64,000 bases of DNA from a virus (taxonomy: Duplodnaviria > Caudoviricetes), in IMG/VR virus record IMGVR_UViG_2706795949_000001, positions 1 through 64,000 of that record; one strand, written 5' to 3'. Positions 1 to 6,377 of the stretch are shown here, one piece after another. The position numbers were made by a program, and so were the translations under genes. Position 1 is the stretch's first letter. The number at the start of each line of letters is the position of its first letter. Below the pieces are notes generated by a model, which was not told where the DNA came from, made no database searches, and was given only the letters and a program-made list of their open reading frames with translations.

Positions 1-22
1 ATGGGCCGTTTTTCTACTACTT

Positions 23-225
23 GAAATAGCGGCCACGGAATTTCTCGCGCGCTATTTCCAGCGCGCCCCGTGCTGTGTTGCCTCGTTGTGTCGCGCCCTG
101 TGCAGTGCCGCCCCGCATTTCTGTGCAGTGCCGCCCTGTGCAATTCTGCCCCGTAGAAAATGTGCCCCTAGAAAATGTCTCGCGACAATTCTGCCGATAA
201 CCAGAGTTATCGGCAGTGCAATTCT
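23..225. repeat. Cluster of short repeats at the left end
   Basis: GAAATAGCG/CGCTATTTC inverted pair (23-31, 50-58); CTGTGCAGTGCCGCCC x2 (98-113, 121-136); TAGAAAATGT x2 (154-163, 169-178); CAATTCT x3 (141, 186, 219). Confidence 0.85.
190..217. other. dif-like tyrosine recombinase core site (11-6-11)
   Basis: TCTGCCGATAA-CCAGAG-TTATCGGCAGT: arms are 10/11 inverted around an asymmetric 6-bp spacer; the left arm ends GCCGATAA like the actinobacterial dif XerC arm as recalled. Confidence 0.55.
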
Positions 226-372
226 CACAGCGATACGGGGCACTAGCAGGATCAATACCGATAACTAGTGTGCCGGTTTTTGAAATGAACACAGCGCGCC
301 GGCAAATACGTCAGTCCCCTATTGTTGGGACCATTTTTTTGAAAGGGTGGAATAGCGCGGAAATTCACTCCA

Positions 373-495
373 TCCCGTTCTAGAATATATAGAAAATCTC
401 AACCAGCTAGGGACTGGCATTTAGGTCAGTCTCGTAAATTAACACTCTAGTCTAAGTCCCGTTCTAGAATATATAGAAAATCTCAACCAGCTAGG
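373..495. repeat. 39-bp perfect direct repeat x2, 84-bp period (candidate iterons)
   Basis: TCCCGTTCTAGAATATATAGAAAATCTCAACCAGCTAGG at 373-411 and 457-495, continuing imperfectly downstream. Confidence 0.9.
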
Positions 496-536
496 AACTG
501 GAATTTTAGGTACCATCTAACCAATTAACCCAGACC

Positions 537-560
537 CTAAGCCTCTAAGCCTCTAAGCCT
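537..560. repeat. 8-bp tandem repeat x3
   Basis: CTAAGCCT at 537, 545, 553. Confidence 0.9.
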
Positions 561-694
561 CCAGCCTTTTCGCCTACAGATGCAGACCCCTCTATCTGGC
601 ACTACCTCAATTACTTCCTCCTCCACCCATTACTTATCGCTATCTTCCTACAGGCGAAAGTAGGATAAGGGTGCCCTTACAACAGCAGGTAGGA

Positions 695-740
695 CCCCCT
701 ATATAGGGGGAGAAGGAGTTTTATTATTTTTTTATATACT
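695..740. promoter_or_regulatory. Perfect 16-bp palindrome followed by an AT-rich tract (candidate origin core)
   Basis: CCCCCTATATAGGGGG at 695-710, near-palindrome TAAGGGTGCCCTTA at 666-679, T-rich stretch about 719-738; lies just downstream of the helicase gene. Confidence 0.45.
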
Positions 741-746
741 CTTTCT

Positions 747-782
747 CTCTCTGTCCCCCTCTCTGTCCCCCTCTCTGTCCCC
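747..782. repeat. 12-bp tandem repeat x3 in a pyrimidine tract
   Basis: CTCTCTGTCCCC at 747, 759, 771, followed by C runs to about 808. Confidence 0.9.
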
Positions 783-1149
783 CCTCCCGCGCCCCCTCCC
801 GCCCCCCCGAGGCGTAATCAAATATTAGGAATAGGTAATTAAGAAAAATATGCTCTGACCTGCGGAAACAGGCCAATCTTTTAAAATTTGCCGACCACTT
901 AACTACTGCGATCGCCGACTTACCCCCCCTTTGAGCCCCGTCGGGACTGGCATTCGGGGCCGAGAAATAGCGAATCACACGTTTGTAAGGCAGAATTACA
1001 GGCAGCCGACAGACGGGTCTGGGGTTATTGGCGGAAATGTCGGAGACTGCATGAGGCGTGATTGTTTAGAGACTGGATCGTGACAGTGGTGTGGGGGGTC
1101 TAAACTTGAAGTACAGGCTCTGTCGGTAGTCGGGAATTATTTTGAGCAC

Positions 1150-1187
1150 GAAAAAACCGCCAGCTAGCTAGTTCTGGCGGTTTTTTC
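1150..1187. terminator. Bidirectional intrinsic terminator
   Basis: GAAAAAACCGCCAG-loop-CTGGCGGTTTTTTC with A/T tracts on both sides; follows the helicase stop on the - strand. Confidence 0.85.
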
Positions 1188-1202
1188 TCGCGGTAAATCT
1201 AT

Positions 1203-3224
1203 TCAGTTATTCTTGAGCTGAGCCTGCTGGATTTTCTCCTCCCAGAAATCGTAATGCACCGGATCGACAAACCTGTCGAGCGGCCTGCCTCGTCCCAGCT
1301 TGATGCGCTCGTAGTGCAGAATTACGTCGTCTCGTACTAGCGACTTCAGCAAGAAATCATAGTCCCGCACGGAGTACGTGGCTCCCAGTGACTGAGATAC
1401 CCGCTGCTTGAGCACAGACGGCGTAATTCCCTCGCGGCCCGACTTGACGATGTTTTTCATGATCGCCTTCTGGTGGCGCTCGTCGGAGCTTTCCGCCAGC
1501 GCGGCAATACTCTGCCCGCCGTTGACGTCCACAATCCACTGCACCAGACGTTCAGCCAAATCCAACGCCTGATCCGTGATGTGGTCGGTTTTGTAAAGCG
1601 CACACGCCAGCAGCGTCAGCTTTTTGTACAGCAGGTGTACACGCTGCAAACCATTAATGTGCTCCTTCGGGAAAATGTACTGGTCACAGAACGCGAGAAA
1701 CCGGTCACGCTCATTGACGCGCGCAAATTCCACCGTGCCGCCGTTGTGGGTTTTCATGTCGCTAGCCCACGTCCGGATATCCACCAGATACGGCACGATC
1801 GGGTCCAGGTCGATCGGCTTAATCAGCGCCTGCCGCTTCTTGTGGTTGCCCGGAATAAAGAGCCATCGGTTCAAGAAGCCCGAGGCCGCGTCATTAGTAC
1901 CCGAGAACAGCGTCTCCAAAACCTCTGGCTGCACCGAACTGAGAACCGAGCCAAAAGGCAGGTCCGCCTCGTAGCTGCCGTGCGACAAAGAGCTACCGCC
2001 GACCGTCATACCGCAGTCGTAAATTTCGATCAGCGTAGTTTTGATAGTGCTGCCCTTATTGTCGGCCTTGGTAATCAGCGCGGACAGTTCCTCGAATTCA
2101 ATCAAACCCCTGACAGGATGCACCACCTTCTTTTTCTGCACACGCGGTGCCTTGACGCCCGGAGTTAAGGCCGGAGGCACCGAGCTAGCCGGGTCGTCAC
2201 TTTCGTGGATGAAACTCTTGGTAAGAACTTCACCAGAACCGGGCTGGACCACGCGCTTAATGCCGTCAGTGAACGGATCATCCTTGTCGAATTTGATATC
2301 ATCATGCGCCATCAGGCGTTTGATATACCCCATCGAACGGGACTTTCCAGCACTGGTGGCACCGTTCAGGCACACAAAAATATTGCCGTGTACCGGCGGG
2401 CTGTCGGCAAAAGTCACGTCACGCCCGATCAGCAGGCCCAGCAAGACCATGAAATTCCAGAAGTGGTATTCCTCTGCAATATCATCTTGCGACACCAGCT
2501 CCAGATATTCCCGCATTCCGGTGCCGTTGTCGAGAAAATCCCGCCACGGAAGCTCCGGAACAAACATATCCTCCGGCGACTCGATCCCGAAATCGTACGG
2601 ATTTTCTGAATCGCGGTGAGCACCCTGCACGACCGGCTCCTCGGCGGCAAAACCCGCCGGGAACTGCACCACATTAGTTTTGGAGCGATTTTTCTGGTGA
2701 TCCTGCGTCCGGTACCAATTGCCGTCTGATGCTTGGTGAAATTCCCAGCCAAGGTTCAGCAACTTATTGGCGTCATACACAGCCTGGTGCAGCTTATCTG
2801 CCGGGCAGCTAGTGTCAGCTCTGGCATAACCCTGCTTGTAGGCAATCAGATTAAAAATGTCGCCGCCTGCTTCACAGCCGAAGCATTTGAAAACATTCGT
2901 CGCAGTGTTGATGCTCATGCTGGGATTACGGTCGCCGTTGCTGTGACCGTTCTCGTTAAAACATGAAACCTGCGTCTCGGTGCCGCGCGTATTCAGTACA
3001 GTCTTGCCAGGAAAAAGCCTGCCGTACACTTTGAGCAGGTCGATCCCCTTCAATTCCTCCTTTGCTCCGTCTTTCTGGGTGGTTCCCGCGTTCCCTTTAA
3101 ACTGGGCCAGGGTTGTTCCACCCGCGAGCGCCGCCGTCCCGGCAGAAGCAGGCTCAGGCTGTTTCTGCTGGTCAGAGCGGGGCGTCAGCGCGGTGAAACG
3201 CCGACCGTCGGACGGATCGGTCAT
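1203..3224 (-). CDS. Replicative helicase/primase partner: N-terminal CHC2-like Zn finger plus DUF3987-like AAA NTPase
   Basis: C..H..D..PS......FKCFGC Zn finger, Walker A GATSAGKS, Walker B-like IEFEEL, GFLNRWL; start moved to the ATG at 3224 (ATGA overlap with upstream stop). Confidence 0.75.
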   Translation of the reverse strand: MTDPSDGRRFTALTPRSDQQKQPEPASAGTAALAGGTTLAQFKGNAGTTQKDGAKEELKGIDLLKVYGRLFPGKTVLNTRGTETQVSCFNENGHSNGDRNPSMSINTATNVFKCFGCEAGGDIFNLIAYKQGYARADTSCPADKLHQAVYDANKLLNLGWEFHQASDGNWYRTQDHQKNRSKTNVVQFPAGFAAEEPVVQGAHRDSENPYDFGIESPEDMFVPELPWRDFLDNGTGMREYLELVSQDDIAEEYHFWNFMVLLGLLIGRDVTFADSPPVHGNIFVCLNGATSAGKSRSMGYIKRLMAHDDIKFDKDDPFTDGIKRVVQPGSGEVLTKSFIHESDDPASSVPPALTPGVKAPRVQKKKVVHPVRGLIEFEELSALITKADNKGSTIKTTLIEIYDCGMTVGGSSLSHGSYEADLPFGSVLSSVQPEVLETLFSGTNDAASGFLNRWLFIPGNHKKRQALIKPIDLDPIVPYLVDIRTWASDMKTHNGGTVEFARVNERDRFLAFCDQYIFPKEHINGLQRVHLLYKKLTLLACALYKTDHITDQALDLAERLVQWIVDVNGGQSIAALAESSDERHQKAIMKNIVKSGREGITPSVLKQRVSQSLGATYSVRDYDFLLKSLVRDDVILHYERIKLGRGRPLDRFVDPVHYDFWEEKIQQAQLKNN

Positions 3225-3625
3225 GCGACACCGCGGTTCCGGCGGTGAGCGACGGCTCCGGCGGGGTGAATGCCGGATTCTTCGTTGCGCCTCTGCACGT
3301 AATTCTGCCAATCCTTCTTGCGGCACGCTTTGCACGCCGACTTACGACCATCTACCTTTGTTTTGTCTAGCGAAAAGTATGCCTGGTCTTTCTTTTCGCC
3401 ACACTTGCTGCACTGCTTGAGTTTTCCGGTGATCGTACGCGGGTCCACCGCACCGACCTTTACGAAACCCGGCTTCACGACCGCGTAACTGGAATTGCAG
3501 GTCTTGCAAATGTTCCGGTAGCCGTCTTTTCGGGTTGCGTCACGATTAAAATACTGGATCGGCAGCGTTTCGTGACATTTTGTGCATTCTTTCTCAGTGA
3601 TGTTGTGTTCTGGCTCGTTATTCAC
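3221..3625 (-). CDS. Protein with two tandem Cys4 zinc ribbons
   Basis: CTKC...CKTC and CSKC...CKAC repeats; GTG start with AGGAGG RBS. Confidence 0.75.
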   Translation of the reverse strand: MNNEPEHNITEKECTKCHETLPIQYFNRDATRKDGYRNICKTCNSSYAVVKPGFVKVGAVDPRTITGKLKQCSKCGEKKDQAYFSLDKTKVDGRKSACKACRKKDWQNYVQRRNEESGIHPAGAVAHRRNRGVA

Positions 3626-3659
3626 GGTTTTCCTCCTGTTCTGGCTTGTTTTTACGGGG

Positions 3660-3803
3660 TTATTTGGACATTCTGTGTTCAATTTCAGGGTAAATTCCCA
3701 TTAAACACCGGTCACATGTCTCGGTTTTTGCAGCAGTGTCAGTACATCTCAGCGGCGAATTTCCGCACAGAGCACAGCTAAATAGATCAAAATTGAAGCT
3801 CAT
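3660..3803 (-). CDS. Small 47-aa Cys4 protein
   Basis: CALC...CDRC; TAGGAG RBS upstream of the ATG at 3803. Confidence 0.55.
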   Translation of the reverse strand: MSFNFDLFSCALCGNSPLRCTDTAAKTETCDRCLMGIYPEIEHRMSK

Positions 3804-3822
3804 GAGGGGTTGAACTCCTAAA

Positions 3823-5094
3823 TTATCGCCCGTATTTGTTTGCATGTTGCTGTACATATTCTCCAAATAACATTCTCCTTGCTTCACTTTCTGTCATAGT
3901 CATGTCGCCAGGGGTATGCCCGTCGACAAAATCGCGAATCATTTTCTCTTTTTCGCCTGGTTTATAAACAGAATCATCATCCACATCCGGATCGGCATAA
4001 AAAGTCACCTGTGCGTACCCGGCCAGGACAGACTGTGCGGCACCGCTAGCTGGGTCTGTGCGGGTAATAGTCGCCGGGCCAGGCATTGTTGTGGAAACAA
4101 TATTTACAGCCTGCTGCGGGTAATCGGCCCGATAAAGCCGGTGACCACGCATGGAGCGCTTGGTATGCGGGTATTCAATCAGCCTGACCTTTTCGCTCAG
4201 GTGAATTGTTGCCTCAGCAGCGATGCTGGCCTTATGCAGCGGAGTATTAAGTGTCAGCCGATCAATAGTTAGGTCTTCGCTTTTGAGGTCTTCAATCCTG
4301 CGCAACAGGAGCTTCTTATACAGCTCCGACTCTTTGACGAACTGGGCGTCAAATTTTTGAATCAGCTTCGTACTGAAAGTGACATTTATGTAGGTACTCT
4401 TGCCGGTCAGGGCAATATCGTTGAGCTTGACCCCCGCGACAATCATGTCATCGTCAATATTGCTGACCAGAGTTTCAAGCTGGTTGCTGATATTAGGCGT
4501 AGTATTTACTACAGCTGAGCGTCCTGCGTATTTAAGCGGCGGCACGCTAGGTCCGGTCATTCTATTGGGCAACGCAAGACGATCCACTGTTTCTACGTCC
4601 ACCGTGAGCGGAAAGGCCAGCATTCGCGCACCCTTGCTTGCGGTGGGGATTTCAAGCGTGTCATTATCGGTGGCAGTAATATCGTAGAGTCCGCGTAGAT
4701 CATTAATTTCAATCGGGCTAAGCGGGCTCTGCTGTACCGTATGGAGCATAATCTCCGAGAACATGTGTTCCATGCCAGCCATACCCGGCGCTGTTACTAC
4801 GTTTGCATTATCAATAGCGACGCGGCGCGAGTGCTGTTTGCTGGCAATATAGCAATCCAGCGAACAGTAGAAGCTGTGATAAACCCGGCGGTCGTCGGTG
4901 TTGAAGTCCTCAAAATAGTGCGTGAGGCTCATAAAGTGGTAATCGCTCCCGCTGTAATTAATCAGCGGAAGCGCAAAAATCTCTTCGCCCGTATACACAG
5001 CGAATTCGTCGCACGACCTGCTGTCGCAATGCACCGTGGTGACCTTAATATCGGCCAGGCCCTGTAGGTGTTCGCGCTTAATTTTGATTGCCAT
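3823..5094 (-). CDS. Hypothetical protein (423 aa)
   Basis: Long ORF with CAGGAG RBS inside the replication operon; no motif recognised. Confidence 0.8.
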   Translation of the reverse strand: MAIKIKREHLQGLADIKVTTVHCDSRSCDEFAVYTGEEIFALPLINYSGSDYHFMSLTHYFEDFNTDDRRVYHSFYCSLDCYIASKQHSRRVAIDNANVVTAPGMAGMEHMFSEIMLHTVQQSPLSPIEINDLRGLYDITATDNDTLEIPTASKGARMLAFPLTVDVETVDRLALPNRMTGPSVPPLKYAGRSAVVNTTPNISNQLETLVSNIDDDMIVAGVKLNDIALTGKSTYINVTFSTKLIQKFDAQFVKESELYKKLLLRRIEDLKSEDLTIDRLTLNTPLHKASIAAEATIHLSEKVRLIEYPHTKRSMRGHRLYRADYPQQAVNIVSTTMPGPATITRTDPASGAAQSVLAGYAQVTFYADPDVDDDSVYKPGEKEKMIRDFVDGHTPGDMTMTESEARRMLFGEYVQQHANKYGR

Positions 5095-5108
5095 GATTTC
5101 TCCTGTGA

Positions 5109-5942
5109 TTAAACCTGGTTCAGCAAATTTTCCAGCACCGGCAGCGGCTGGGCTGGCTCCAGGCTGTAATTGCTGTTGTGAGTGTCGATAATAAATCCGG
5201 GCTTGCCAGATTTGCGGTTAATCCCCAGCTCCATCCGCATCAGGTTACCGAATCCGCCTGGCTCTACGCTGTTCTGCTTGGGGAAGACCTCTAGATCGAA
5301 CAGACAGAAAAGTTCGCACGCAGGGTTGCCCTGGAAATTAATCCCGGCGCTGTTCTTGGGCAACCAGAAGTAGCCCATTTCCTTGAGCACCCAGAGTGCC
5401 GCTTCTCGCAAATCGCTAGCCAGGCTGACCTGACCAGGGTGAATAAATCCGTAGACATGCACACCCTTGCTGCCAGAAAACGTAGCCATCGTATGGAATC
5501 CGGCGCGTTCAATTCTGTACGTCAACAACTGCGTCATTGCGGCGAGTTGCCAGCGCAGCCACGGGTCCTGACCGTCGGTTTTGGTCCAGTGTTCGCGAGG
5601 GTTATTGAGCTGCTTGGTATTTTTGGTGGTGAAATCCAAATCGAAGCAGAAGAATTTCGCCTTGTCGCCATTCAGCACATAATGTCCGCACGTGTCTTGG
5701 CCCAATAAATGCCACTCCATCACGCCGTAGGTCCATTCCTTGAAAACCGGCGCAATCGGCGGGTCCGGTTCCTGTGCAAATGTCGGCGCGGGGTTGCAGC
5801 TCGCGCACGGGCACCCGTCGGCGTGCAGCGGCGCGTACCCGCCGTGCTGGCGCTGGATGGCGACCACGTCGGGCCGCGCGATGAGTAGGCGCGAGAGCGC
5901 GCCCTGTAGGTGCCTGTCGCGGGGGTCGAAGAGTAGGGTCAC
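5109..5942 (-). CDS. Archaeo-eukaryotic primase (AEP) family catalytic protein
   Basis: Motif I FDLD, motif II SGSKGVHVY, FPKQ...GFGNLMR as in TOTE-type/phage AEPs. Confidence 0.8.
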   Translation of the reverse strand: MTLLFDPRDRHLQGALSRLLIARPDVVAIQRQHGGYAPLHADGCPCASCNPAPTFAQEPDPPIAPVFKEWTYGVMEWHLLGQDTCGHYVLNGDKAKFFCFDLDFTTKNTKQLNNPREHWTKTDGQDPWLRWQLAAMTQLLTYRIERAGFHTMATFSGSKGVHVYGFIHPGQVSLASDLREAALWVLKEMGYFWLPKNSAGINFQGNPACELFCLFDLEVFPKQNSVEPGGFGNLMRMELGINRKSGKPGFIIDTHNSNYSLEPAQPLPVLENLLNQV

Positions 5943-6105
5943 AGCGGTGAGCCTCCCAGGGTCGAGGGGTTTGGTCCGGTTTGACCAGTCTAGCCTAGTG
6001 AGACCGAGAATGCCAGTCCTTAGACCGGCGAACCGTTGAGTTCTGGTTATCGGCGGTCCGCGAAGAGTTCGCAGGCCCGTCTTTCGCGATCCGTACGACG
6101 TGGGG

Positions 6106-6111
6106 TATAGT
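6106..6111 (+). promoter_or_regulatory. Candidate -10 element (TATAGT), overlapping a divergent TACTAT on the - strand
   Basis: TANNNT hexamers on both strands in the divergent intergenic region; no clear -35. Confidence 0.35.
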
Positions 6112-6117
6112 ACGAAT

Positions 6118-6320
6118 TGCCCCGGCGAGCGGGGGAAACGTCTAAATTGATTCGGGAGTTAGCGGAGTGAGTGCCGCGTCCTTTCGAGTGGGTGTTTAGG
6201 TCCGACCGTTTCCCCAAAAGCTACGGGTGCGCGAGTGAGAGAGGATTTCGGCCCCCAGTTCTAGGCGTCGAAGTATCCCCCCAACCCCCGCTGCCGTCTC
6301 CTGTGCAGCGGGGGTTTTCG
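6118..6320 (+). ncRNA. Candidate structured ~200-nt sRNA or late leader RNA
   Basis: Rod-like hairpin closed by GGGGAAACG (6132-6140)/CGTTTCCCC (6207-6215) with nested stems, a second hairpin about 6244-6278, then a terminator. Confidence 0.4.
6283..6320 (+). terminator. Intrinsic terminator upstream of the late operon
   Basis: AACCCCCGCTGC (6283-6294)/GCAGCGGGGGTT (6305-6316) ending in a T-rich tail. Confidence 0.7.
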
Positions 6321-6377
6321 TGTATCTAGACCAGGTTAGGTCGCCGAATATGCTCGCTCGATGCTACGGTAGCGAGC

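Noticed and set aside
17-978. Short ORFs in the left non-coding region
   Set aside because: They translate the repeats, lack RBSs and have low-complexity products
3225-3335. N-terminal extension of the helicase ORF as given in the track
   Set aside because: Overlaps the upstream gene; the ATGA-coupled start at 3224 is more plausible
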